Origin: Gammaproteobacteria bacterium
GTDB taxonomy: Bacteria; Pseudomonadota; Gammaproteobacteria; GCA-001735895
Direction: 5' to 3'
Length of the DNA: 64,000 nt
NCBI GenBank assembly: GCA_050306135.1
Contig: JBNLGQ010000029.1
Location: forward strand, 128,585-192,584
Under the pieces are notes generated by a model. The model had not been told where the DNA came from. It saw only the letters and a list, made by a program, of their open reading frames with translations, and made no database searches. Below, piece by piece: positions 10,199-18,990 of the stretch (position 1 is its first letter; every line of letters starts with the position of its first letter). Made by a program: the position numbers and the translations under genes.

Positions 10199-11695
10199 TC
10201 AAAAGCGAGGGATATCTGGATGGGCCAGTTGACCTTTGTGTACATGCATGGCACCCAGTTCGGCACAGCGGTGCAGGCTGGGTATCGCCTTGCCCGGGTT
10301 AAGAATGCCCTGTGGGTCGAGTTGCGATTTGATACGGTGAAACTGAATCAGTTCGGGTGAGGTAAACTGATGACACATATGATCAATCTTTTCGATACCT
10401 ACGCCATGCTCTCCGGTAATTGTACCGCCTTTATCCACGCACAGTCTGAGAATATCACCACCCAACGCTTCAGCTTTATCCAGATCGCCGGGCTTGTTTG
10501 CATCATACAGAATCAGCGGATGCAGATTGCCATCACCTGCATGAAAGACATTAGCTACCGGCAGATTGTATTGAGTGGAAAATTCGGCAATAGACTTGAG
10601 TACATCGGGTAATGCCTTGCGAGGAATGGTACCGTCCATGCAGTAATAATCCGGTGAGATACGTCCTACTGCAGGGAAGGCAGCCTTGCGCCCAGCCCAG
10701 AATAATGCGCGTTGCATATCGTTTTGTGACAGGCGAATATCGTGCGCAGAACACTGTTGCAGGATTTGATTGACTTCGCCCATCTGTTGTTCAATCTCTG
10801 CCAGTGTGCCATCCAGTTCGCATAGCAGCAGAGCTTGGCATATCGGATAATCGGCATGAATAAAATCTTCTGCCGCCTGTATGGCGAGTCGATCCATCAT
10901 TTCCAGACCTGCTGGAATGATACCGGCGCTGATAATATCGCGTACAGCGGCACCGGCATTACTGACATCGTTGAAAGCAGCGAGTACTACCTGTGCGGCC
11001 TGCGGTTTAGGTACCAGACGGACAGTGACTTCCATAATGACGCCGAGCAGGCCTTCAGAGCCATGCATAAGCGCCAGTAAATCGTAACCGGGGCTATCCA
11101 TGCATTGCTGTCCACCGATTTCTAATAGCTCGCCTTCGCTGTTTAGCATTTTTATGCCCATCACATTATTTACGGTCAGGCCATATTTCAGGCTGTGAAC
11201 ACCTCCAGAGTTTTCTGCCACATTGCCGCCAATGGAACAGGCAATTTGTGAGGAGGGGTCTGGTGCGTAATACAGGCCATATTGAGTCGCGGCTTCGGTG
11301 ATGGCAAGGTTTCGTACACCTGGCTCAACCACTGCCAGACGTTGCAGTGGGTCTATACTTTTGATGCGGTTGAACTTGCTCAAGCTCATAACGATGGCCT
11401 GTTCAACGGGTAATACGCCCCCGGCCAGGCCGGTACCTGCACCTCTGGCGATAAGTGGGATGGCATGTTTATGACAATAGCGAACAATTTGCTGACACTG
11501 TTCGATAGTTTCCGGTAGCACTACCATTTTGGGTACCTTGCGGTAAGCCGACAGACCATCACATTCAAAAGGGATTAGCTGAGCTTGGTGATACAGCAGG
11601 CTGTCAACTGGAAGTATGGAACCCAGGTCCGATACGACCTGATGAACCTCCCAGTCTTTAAATTCAAATTCGCCACTTTGAGGGTCAAATGCCAT
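10199..11695 (-). CDS. glcD: Glycolate oxidase subunit GlcD
   Basis: YYAPDPSSQIACSIGGNVAENSGG, FHAGDGNLHP and GEHGVGIEK motifs. Confidence 0.95.
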   Translation of the reverse strand: MAFDPQSGEFEFKDWEVHQVVSDLGSILPVDSLLYHQAQLIPFECDGLSAYRKVPKMVVLPETIEQCQQIVRYCHKHAIPLIARGAGTGLAGGVLPVEQAIVMSLSKFNRIKSIDPLQRLAVVEPGVRNLAITEAATQYGLYYAPDPSSQIACSIGGNVAENSGGVHSLKYGLTVNNVMGIKMLNSEGELLEIGGQQCMDSPGYDLLALMHGSEGLLGVIMEVTVRLVPKPQAAQVVLAAFNDVSNAGAAVRDIISAGIIPAGLEMMDRLAIQAAEDFIHADYPICQALLLCELDGTLAEIEQQMGEVNQILQQCSAHDIRLSQNDMQRALFWAGRKAAFPAVGRISPDYYCMDGTIPRKALPDVLKSIAEFSTQYNLPVANVFHAGDGNLHPLILYDANKPGDLDKAEALGGDILRLCVDKGGTITGEHGVGIEKIDHMCHQFTSPELIQFHRIKSQLDPQGILNPGKAIPSLHRCAELGAMHVHKGQLAHPDIPRF

Positions 11696-11888
11696 ATTTT
11701 TCTAATTTTGCAGAAGTTGCCTGCGATTGTAGGCTAACTGTGAGAGGATTAAAAACATGAAATCTGTGGCTTTAGATGACAGTGCAATTAAAATCTGTAT
11801 TCAGCTACAAAAACTGGGTTTACAGTAATATCCGATTCAGACAGAATCCACAGCTGACAAATCTATTTATAAAACCAGGGAAAATATT

Positions 11889-13067
11889 ATGCCAGTTTCA
11901 TTCAACCCTCCCGTCCGCACATTGATGGGACCAGGTCCATCCGATGTACATCCTAGAATACTAGAAGCGCTCTCAAGGCCTACTATCGGTCATCTTGACC
12001 CCATGTTTGTGGGTATGATGGATGAGGTTAAAAAGCTGCTGCAATATGCTTTTCAAACCGATAATGAGTTAACCATACCGGTTTCCGCGCCGGGTTCAGC
12101 AGGCATGGAAACCTGTTTTGTGAATCTGATTGAACCTGGTGACAAGGTCATTGTTTGCCAGAATGGTGTATTCGGCGGACGCATGAAAGAGAATGTAGTT
12201 CGCTCTGGAGGCGAGGCGGTGATGGTAATGGATGACTGGGGTAAACCGGTCGATCTGGCCAAACTTCAACAGGCTCTGGAATCTAATCCTGATGCGAAGA
12301 TTGTTGCCTTTGTACATGCTGAAACCTCAACAGGCGCTCAGTCAGACGCTAAGGGTATCTGGGAACTTGCACATAAACATAATTGTCTGGTCATCGCTGA
12401 CTGTGTGACCTCGCTGGGTGGAACGCCAATCAAGGTCGATGAATGGGGGCTGGACGCTGTGTATTCAGGTACTCAGAAGTGTCTTTCCTGTGTGCCGGGT
12501 CTCTCTCCAGTTACCTTTAATGAGCGAGCCATTGAAAAAATCAAAAATCGTCAATCACCGGTGCAAAGCTGGTTTCTGGATTTAAATCTGGTGATGGGCT
12601 ACTGGGGTGAAGGCGCTAAGCGTGCCTACCATCATACCGCTCCGGTGAATGCACTTTACTCCCTGCATGAATCGCTGGTTATGTTGCGCGATGAAGGTCT
12701 GGAAAATGCCTGGAATCGCCATGCGCATCAGCACTCTGCGTTAAAAGCAGGCCTTGAAGCCATGGGCATCAGTTTTCTGGTGGACGAGGCAGCACGCTTG
12801 CCACAGCTGAATTCTGTGATGATTCCGCAAGGAGTAGATGATGCCGTTGTCCGTGCTCGTCTACTGAATGAATACAATCTGGAAATAGGTTCCGGTTTGG
12901 GGGATTTGGCCGGTAAGGTGTGGCGCATTGGTTTGATGGGGCATAGCGCACGCTCTGAAAATGTTATTTTCTGTCTGTCTGCTCTGGAAGCGATTTTGGG
13001 CGACATGGGGGCTCCAATCAATAAGGGCGTTGCCTTACCTGCTGCACAGGCAGTGTATTCAGCTTAA
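11889..13067 (+). CDS. Alanine-glyoxylate/serine-pyruvate aminotransferase (class V PLP)
   Basis: LMGPGPSDV, VHAETSTG, YSGTQKCL (PLP lysine), YHHTAP and WRIGLMG motifs. Confidence 0.93.
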   Translation: MPVSFNPPVRTLMGPGPSDVHPRILEALSRPTIGHLDPMFVGMMDEVKKLLQYAFQTDNELTIPVSAPGSAGMETCFVNLIEPGDKVIVCQNGVFGGRMKENVVRSGGEAVMVMDDWGKPVDLAKLQQALESNPDAKIVAFVHAETSTGAQSDAKGIWELAHKHNCLVIADCVTSLGGTPIKVDEWGLDAVYSGTQKCLSCVPGLSPVTFNERAIEKIKNRQSPVQSWFLDLNLVMGYWGEGAKRAYHHTAPVNALYSLHESLVMLRDEGLENAWNRHAHQHSALKAGLEAMGISFLVDEAARLPQLNSVMIPQGVDDAVVRARLLNEYNLEIGSGLGDLAGKVWRIGLMGHSARSENVIFCLSALEAILGDMGAPINKGVALPAAQAVYSA

Positions 13068-13076
13068 GTAATACTC

Positions 13077-13463
13077 TTGAGCTTTTTAGAAAATCTAACC
13101 CCACTACGCTACTCGCGACTATGGTTCAGTATGGCTTATATTTTACTGGCCATAGTCGCAATAGCATCATTGTTGCCAGCACCTGAGATGGGGACCAGCG
13201 ATAAGCTGTTACACCTGGTTACCTATGCTTTTTTGAGTGCCGTTTTCTCCACACTGGTGTGCAGAAATGTCAGCCTGTTTAAGGTGGTTCCCGGATTGAT
13301 TCTGTTTGGTATTGTGCTTGAGTTTCTGCAGGGGATGACTGGCTATCGTTATATGGAGGTGAATGACATGCTGGCTAATAGTGTGGGTGTGTTCATTGGG
13401 TTACTGGTACGACTGACTCCCATTCCGCGCTGGTTTCGTCAGCTGGAAATCATTCTTCCATAA
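13077..13463 (+). CDS. VanZ family membrane protein
   Basis: DKLLHLVTY, EFLQ and DMLANSVG VanZ-like motifs; TTG start. Confidence 0.82.
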   Translation: MSFLENLTPLRYSRLWFSMAYILLAIVAIASLLPAPEMGTSDKLLHLVTYAFLSAVFSTLVCRNVSLFKVVPGLILFGIVLEFLQGMTGYRYMEVNDMLANSVGVFIGLLVRLTPIPRWFRQLEIILP

Positions 13464-13517
13464 GATAACCCGATTAGACCTGAAACTCATTTAACTTAAC
13501 GTAGATAAAAAGCATTT

Positions 13518-13654
13518 ACCACAGAGAACACAGAGAACTCAGAGAGGATAAGTTAGCTCGGTTTTAATCGAACAATCAGTTTGATACTTGAGAAAGCTTC
13601 CTTAAATCTAAAGATAAATATCTTCACCTCAGTGATCTCTGTGTCCTCTGTGGT
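13518..13654. repeat. REP/REPIN-like palindromic element, family A copy 2
   Basis: accacagagaacacagagaactcagagagg (13518) and cctcagtgatctctgtgtcctctgtggt (13627-13654), between convergent genes. Confidence 0.85.
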
Positions 13655-13724
13655 TATAAAAATGTTCTAAATATCGAAATGGTTGAAACTTAGGAGTAAC
13701 CAGGTAAGGTAATGATTGCGTTGT

Positions 13725-14132
13725 TCAAGGGGTAACGTACTGATAGCCTTGGTTCTGTAACTCAATAATCCGGCTAAAGATATTACTCACCAACTGTGGA
13801 GGGTGATTGAGGTTCAGTATATGTCGATTCTTGTAATAGTTATCGCGACTCACCTCGATTTGCAGGCCCAGGCTGATGAGTTCATCTAAACGTACACCCA
13901 GGTCACGGTTTTCATTGACCTTGTTTATCAGGTTGATGCCCGCCCCCTGCAGCAGGATTTTCACATCCATAGACTGATCCGCAGACCCGAGCAATAGATT
14001 TTCCAGGTTGGTAATGGTTTTCCATTGCACATCAGATCGACCGCTATTGAGGTGATATACGATTTTACTTGGTGCTGCCAGCAGATTCGTAGTGAATAGC
14101 AGACTGGCGATCAATATCAGCCACTTAACCAC
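13725..14132 (-). CDS. Secreted DsrE/DsrF-like protein lacking cysteine
   Basis: GTG 14132 overlaps the upstream stop and gives a signal peptide (MVKWLILIASLLFTTNLLA); KIVYHL..TNLENL..G.GINL..QGYQYV mirrors the DsrE domain of the upstream gene. Confidence 0.7.
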   Translation of the reverse strand: MVKWLILIASLLFTTNLLAAPSKIVYHLNSGRSDVQWKTITNLENLLLGSADQSMDVKILLQGAGINLINKVNENRDLGVRLDELISLGLQIEVSRDNYYKNRHILNLNHPPQLVSNIFSRIIELQNQGYQYVTP

Positions 14133-14838
14133 GGATATAGGTCCAGCCCTGTTGCTGACGTTCAATGACTTCTACAATACCTGATTCAATCAGTCTGGCC
14201 TGTGGAATGAGTTCTATCTCTTCATCGTTGGTTATTTGAATCTGGTCGATAGTGTTTTTACAGGCAGCAAATGTAAGATTTTTGTATTCACGGGTAAGGC
14301 GAGCAATCAATGGTCCAAAAGGTGTTGTATCCTGACGTAATAGATTGATTGCATGACCATTGGCAACCACTTCGACTCTGACATTCTGGCCACTTTTGCG
14401 ATATTCCTTCAGCATATTTTCCAGGTTTGTTAAGGTGTTAAGACCTGTATCGGAGTCAGAAGATGTCAAATGCACCAGTACTTTGGTGATAGCATCTGTA
14501 CCGGCCAGGACTTCACTTTGTTGATTTTTCTGTATTTGATGTAAGCCAGCTGTTCCAAGCAGAATCCCCAGGCAGAAGATAGCTACTGCGGCTGCCATGC
14601 GAGGCAAATAACTGGATTTTTTTATTACAGTTTCCGGTAACTGTGAAACTGGGATCTGGTCATAGGCCAGTTTTACACGCTGTTTTATGCGTTGCAATTC
14701 GCAAACTTTAGCAGCAAGGGCTTTATTCTGCTCAAGTAACACCAGTATTTCATGGCGCTCTTCGTCAGTAATCTGCCCATCGATAAATGAATTCAATAAT
14801 TCATCAGATATCGGATTGTTTGGATCCAGTGTGTTCAT
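14125..14838 (-). CDS. Membrane anti-sigma factor fused to a C-terminal DsrE-like domain
   Basis: N-terminal SDELLNSFIDGQ anti-sigma helix, TM at about aa 81-99, then VEVVANGHAINLL, FAACKNT (Cys193) and IERQQQGWTYIR, typical of DsrE/YchN-like proteins. Confidence 0.75.
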   Translation of the reverse strand: MNTLDPNNPISDELLNSFIDGQITDEERHEILVLLEQNKALAAKVCELQRIKQRVKLAYDQIPVSQLPETVIKKSSYLPRMAAAVAIFCLGILLGTAGLHQIQKNQQSEVLAGTDAITKVLVHLTSSDSDTGLNTLTNLENMLKEYRKSGQNVRVEVVANGHAINLLRQDTTPFGPLIARLTREYKNLTFAACKNTIDQIQITNDEEIELIPQARLIESGIVEVIERQQQGWTYIRG

Positions 14839-14841
14839 CCT

Positions 14842-15390
14842 CTATTTAACTCGGTGTATTCGTCTCTGTATGGGTTGTTCAATTTCATTACTATATTTTT
14901 CAAGCAAGCTTTTCAGCTGTGCTCGGGCTCGACATAAACGGCTCATTACTGTGCCAATCGGTATTTCCAGGGCATGTGATACTTCGTCATACGACATTTC
15001 CATCAGGTCTACCAACGTCACCACATTGCGGTGTTTCTCATTCAGTCGCGATATGCAATGACGCACAATCTGACTGGTGTCATTCTGATCGTAACTACTA
15101 GCGGGACCAAAATTGTCAGCAAAATCATAGTCATCTACATCTACGGTATCTTTCTGGCGACGCAGATGATCTCGAAAGCAATTGAGCATGATTCTACAGG
15201 TCCATGCATTCAATTTGCTGTCTTCCTTCAGGCTATCGAAGGATAGAAATGCTTTCTGCATTGCCTCCTGAACCAGATCATCAGCAAGCATCTGATCTGA
15301 GCACCATGAGTAGGCCAGTTTGTAAAATTTTATACGGTTTTCACATAACTCACGCGTTAATTTCCTGTGCCGATTGCGTTTTTTAAACAT
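14842..15390 (-). CDS. ECF sigma-70 family factor
   Basis: ADDLVQEA (region 2) and SYDEVSHALEIPIGTVMSRLCRAR (region 4); 3 bp upstream of its anti-sigma gene. Confidence 0.93.
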   Translation of the reverse strand: MFKKRNRHRKLTRELCENRIKFYKLAYSWCSDQMLADDLVQEAMQKAFLSFDSLKEDSKLNAWTCRIMLNCFRDHLRRQKDTVDVDDYDFADNFGPASSYDQNDTSQIVRHCISRLNEKHRNVVTLVDLMEMSYDEVSHALEIPIGTVMSRLCRARAQLKSLLEKYSNEIEQPIQRRIHRVK

Positions 15391-15408
15391 ATCAATGACC
15401 GCTAGTAG

Positions 15409-15437
15409 TTAGAGTGTTGTTGTAATAATTTTATTCC
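15409..15437 (-). promoter_or_regulatory. Candidate autoregulatory ECF promoter GGAATA-N17-CTCTAA
   Basis: Minus strand reads GGAATAaaattattacaacaacaCTCTAA, ending 18 nt before the sigma ATG. Confidence 0.55.
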
Positions 15438-15601
15438 ATAAAATTCAGCGTAAAAGCCGGTTTCAGACTTGAAATGCTGTCATATTATAGTGGTATGCCC
15501 CTGCAGATTTTGCAGGTAGCATTCTAATTTATGAAATCCCTGTTTATTTGTATATAGGTTTTTATGTGAACTGAACGTGAAATCCTGCTCTTAAAGTTCA
15601 T

Positions 15602-16435
15602 TTATTCGTCGTAGCGTAAAGAAAAATCAATCGCCTGAATGTGTTTGGTAAGCGCTCCAATGGATATAAAATCAATCCCGCATTCAGCTATTTCACGAAT
15701 ATTTTCCAATGTGATATTGCCTGATGCCTCCAGTTCTAATTTGCCGCCTGCCTTTGATACAGCCTGCTTTAGCATATCTGTCGTGAAATTATCCAGTAAA
15801 ACCCGGTCTACTTTTGCATCCATGGCTTGCTCAAGCTGATCAAGGTTCTCAACTTCTACCTCTAGTAAAACATCAGGGTGCAGCTTGCGCGCATGCTTTA
15901 CTGCGGCTGCAATGCTACCCGCAGCAGCGAGATGGTTTTCCTTCAACAGGTAGGCATCGAATAAGCCGATTCTATGGTTTGTACCTCCTCCGCATTTAAC
16001 TGCATATTTCTGAGCCAGGCGAAGGCCTGGTATGGTCTTACGCGTGTCCAGTATCTTACAGCCAGTACCTTCAATGTGACTTTGATAGCGGTGAGTGGCT
16101 GTTGCTGTTGCACTCAGGGTTTGCAGGAAATTGAGCGCGGTACGCTCAGCACTTAAAATGGCGCGAGCATTACCTTTTAGCTGGCACACAATGGAGTTCG
16201 CCTGTAGTAACTGACCATCGCTGGCTAGCCAGCTGATTTCAATTTCAGGGTCGAGTTGCAGAAATGCCTGAGAAAACCACTGACTACCACACAATACTGC
16301 AGTTTCCCGACAGATGAGACTGACGTTCAGAACGGCATCATCTGCGATGAGTGAGGCTGTGATGTCACCAGAGCCTATATCCTCATTAAATGAGGTGTTT
16401 ATATTTTCCACAATAAGAGAAAAGGGGATATTCAT
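15602..16435 (-). CDS. nadC: Nicotinate-nucleotide pyrophosphorylase (quinolinate phosphoribosyltransferase)
   Basis: DTRKTIPGLR, NHRIGLFD, KENH, LLDNF and EASGNI motifs. Confidence 0.96.
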   Translation of the reverse strand: MNIPFSLIVENINTSFNEDIGSGDITASLIADDAVLNVSLICRETAVLCGSQWFSQAFLQLDPEIEISWLASDGQLLQANSIVCQLKGNARAILSAERTALNFLQTLSATATATHRYQSHIEGTGCKILDTRKTIPGLRLAQKYAVKCGGGTNHRIGLFDAYLLKENHLAAAGSIAAAVKHARKLHPDVLLEVEVENLDQLEQAMDAKVDRVLLDNFTTDMLKQAVSKAGGKLELEASGNITLENIREIAECGIDFISIGALTKHIQAIDFSLRYDE

Positions 16436-16490
16436 AAGTAAATTACTATATATAGATGTTTATGTGTTTGAATTAAAAGCAATTATAAAA

Positions 16491-16518
16491 TTGACATGAT
16501 CGATAAATAGAGTATTGT
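16491..16518 (+). promoter_or_regulatory. Candidate sigma-70 promoter TTGACA-N16-TATTGT
   Basis: Perfect -35 and 4/6 -10, about 80 nt upstream of the 16597 CDS, which has GAGGAG 6 nt before its TTG. Confidence 0.5.
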
Positions 16519-16596
16519 AAGGGCATAAAAATTATAAGCCGATTATAAAAAAAGATTAGTTTTAAGGCATTATTTGTTTAAGTTGAGGAGTAAGAA

Positions 16597-17574
16597 TTGT
16601 TTCATTTCAACAACCCTGTGATGAAGTTATCTTTTGCTAGCCTTATAGCTGTATTCACTTCTATTACCTTCGCCTCAATTACCTATGCTGATGTCGATCG
16701 CTCTTTACCTTTGCCTGGCAGTTCGCCTGGCGCAGACGAGATTATCGACCAGGTTTATTATGTCAACCATTTCTATGGTTTTGATAATTACGGCATAGGC
16801 AAGAAGGATAAAAAGATTACTGTGCTGGTTAATAAACCTGCCGGGAAAAAACCTACAATAGTTACCGTAGAGCGCTACCTGAATAATAAATATGATGATG
16901 ATCCATCGGTAAAAGCTCGTGACCTGGCCATCTTCCGTTCGGGTAAATTACGTGGTATCGGTATGCTGGTTACCGATTATCATGAAGCAGCGAGCAATCA
17001 GACCTATGACATATGGATTCCGTCGTTAAGCAAAGTGCGTCGTTTTGCTGATCCGGCTCAGGATGATGCCTGGGGAGGCACTGATTTTACTTTTGGCGAC
17101 GTAGTTTTACGCAAACCACATAATGAAACCCATGAATTAATCGGTACTGAGACCTTTAGTGGCTGTCTGGGTGTTATGGCACTAACTGATGACGAAAAAA
17201 ACCGCAACACACAAGATCTACCTGAAGCTTCCTGTACTGCCGATGGAAAGCAGGTGTATAAATTAAAAAGTACTACCAAATTTGATAACTGGTGGTATGA
17301 CTATCGAATCAGTTATGTCGATACCCTGTCCTTTGCAGACTATCGTACAGAGTACTTCAAAGGTGACAAAAAGATAAAAGTCATTGATCGTGACTGGAAA
17401 CCGATTGCGAGAGCAACTGACCCTCGTCAGATGGTATTTGGGTACTGGTATGGTAAAACTTTAGCTACCGGGCATGAGACCTGGGCGGTGATTCCACCTG
17501 AAGTGGTTACCTATAACGATGATAATATGAAACAAAGTATGTGGAGTGAAAAGAAACTACGAAATATTCGGTAA
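16597..17574 (+). CDS. Outer-membrane lipoprotein-sorting (LolA-like) family secreted protein
   Basis: Signal peptide; G.GMLV..Y...NQTYDIWIPSLSKVRR, WGGTDFTFGD and YRISYVD pattern of this family; RBS GAGGAG supports the TTG start. Confidence 0.7.
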   Translation: MFHFNNPVMKLSFASLIAVFTSITFASITYADVDRSLPLPGSSPGADEIIDQVYYVNHFYGFDNYGIGKKDKKITVLVNKPAGKKPTIVTVERYLNNKYDDDPSVKARDLAIFRSGKLRGIGMLVTDYHEAASNQTYDIWIPSLSKVRRFADPAQDDAWGGTDFTFGDVVLRKPHNETHELIGTETFSGCLGVMALTDDEKNRNTQDLPEASCTADGKQVYKLKSTTKFDNWWYDYRISYVDTLSFADYRTEYFKGDKKIKVIDRDWKPIARATDPRQMVFGYWYGKTLATGHETWAVIPPEVVTYNDDNMKQSMWSEKKLRNIR

Positions 17575-17750
17575 TTATAATGATAAGAAGTTGAGTACAG
17601 CTTAGATAATAAAAGTACAGCTTCAATAATAAAAAGGTAGGAAAATACAAAAATAAAAAGGGGGAGGATTTGCTTTAGCTTAGTTTGAAAATTCATTGAA
17701 TCTTCAATCAGGCTTTAAGTATATGTTCTAATAATAATAATAAAACTTAG

Positions 17751-17776
17751 AGGGGGGCTTTGCCCCCCTTATTTTT
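17751..17776 (+). terminator. Rho-independent terminator
   Basis: aggggggc-ttt-gcccccct hairpin followed by tattttt. Confidence 0.75.
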
Positions 17777-17885
17777 ATAAATAATTTTCTGATACGGCTA
17801 ACATCCCATGCACTGCTTTTGTTGAGAGCATTCAGATAAAACCCATAAACTACGTTCCCTTAAAAACAAGGCCTTTCCAGTAGCT

Positions 17886-18305
17886 TCATTTCAGTCTTTT
17901 TAAACATTCCAGGTATGCCGCTTCATCGGGATGAGTTTGATTTCTTTGCGCCAGCCATAATGCCTGCCCAAGGCATTCCATCATGGCATGCTCTGCATCG
18001 TGACGTCCGAGCTTGTGAGATAATTCCTGATGTATCTGCTGGATCCCTGCAGGTCGGTTGGTAGAGGTCTGTTCATATAAAGCGATATGCATCCCCATAT
18101 GAAGAAAGGGGTTGCTTTGACCTGATTCCGGTGTGAATTCTGAATGTTGTACGTCTTCCCCTTGCTCCAGCAAAGAATGGTATTCAGGATGCAGGCTTAT
18201 GATATCGGATATGACCGCTTCCATAGGCTCGAGCACGCTACCCTGCTGCATTTTCTGCCATACCGTCAGATAAACACGGCGTATCTCTTCTCGGGACTGG
18301 TACAT
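17886..18305 (-). CDS. DUF1841 family protein
   Basis: NPFLHMGMHIAL.EQ.ST.RP.GI and HDAEHAMMECLG motifs; follows nth. Confidence 0.85.
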   Translation of the reverse strand: MYQSREEIRRVYLTVWQKMQQGSVLEPMEAVISDIISLHPEYHSLLEQGEDVQHSEFTPESGQSNPFLHMGMHIALYEQTSTNRPAGIQQIHQELSHKLGRHDAEHAMMECLGQALWLAQRNQTHPDEAAYLECLKRLK

Positions 18306-18320
18306 AGGATGATCTCTAAA

Positions 18321-18956
18321 TTAATCTTCAGTTTTCTTTTTGTATTCGCAAAGGTCTTCGATAATACAGCTAGAACAACGTGGTTTGCGAGCTATACAGG
18401 TATAACGTCCATGCAGTATGAGCCAGTGATGAGCATCAAGTCTGAATTCTTCAGGTACTAGACGTAGTAGCCGCTTCTCAACCTCGTTCACATCTTTGCC
18501 GGGTGCAATACCTGTTCGGTTGGAGACACGAAAGATATGTGTATCTACAGCGATGGTCGGTTCACCAAATGCAGTATTTAAAATCACATTCGCTGTTTTT
18601 CGACCTACCCCAGGCAAGGCTTCCAGACTGGCTCGATCACGCGGTACTTCTGAGTTGTGCTGATCGATCAGGATGTGGCAGGTTTTGATGACATTGGCTG
18701 CTTTGGAGTTGAATAGACCAATGGTTTTTATATATTCCTTAAGGCCCTGTTCCCCTAGTTTTAGAATCGCTTCCGGTGTATTGGCGACCGGGTAAAGTTT
18801 GTCTGTGGCTTTATTCACACTGACATCGGTTGCCTGGGCAGATAACATGACAGCAATCAGAAGCTCGAAATTGGATTGAAATTTGAGTTCAGTGGTAGGG
18901 GATGGATTGTTTTGCTTTAAACGGCCGAAAATTTCAATTCGTTTCTGTTTATTCAT
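18321..18956 (-). CDS. nth: Endonuclease III
   Basis: LLIAVMLSAQATD, HhH motif LPGVGRKTANV, and CIARKPRCSSC..C Fe-S loop. Confidence 0.97.
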   Translation of the reverse strand: MNKQKRIEIFGRLKQNNPSPTTELKFQSNFELLIAVMLSAQATDVSVNKATDKLYPVANTPEAILKLGEQGLKEYIKTIGLFNSKAANVIKTCHILIDQHNSEVPRDRASLEALPGVGRKTANVILNTAFGEPTIAVDTHIFRVSNRTGIAPGKDVNEVEKRLLRLVPEEFRLDAHHWLILHGRYTCIARKPRCSSCIIEDLCEYKKKTED

Positions 18957-18990
18957 GTTAAGTAGTTGAGCAGTCTGAGTGGGTTCAAGA

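Noticed and set aside
14133-14165. Longer start for the small DsrE gene
   Set aside because: Lies inside the anti-sigma CDS; GTG 14132 gives a clean signal peptide
16516-16545. TGTAAG-N18-CGATTA as a third target of the 39.6-kb ECF
   Set aside because: Spacer is too long, there is a -10 mismatch, and it overlaps a better sigma-70 promoter
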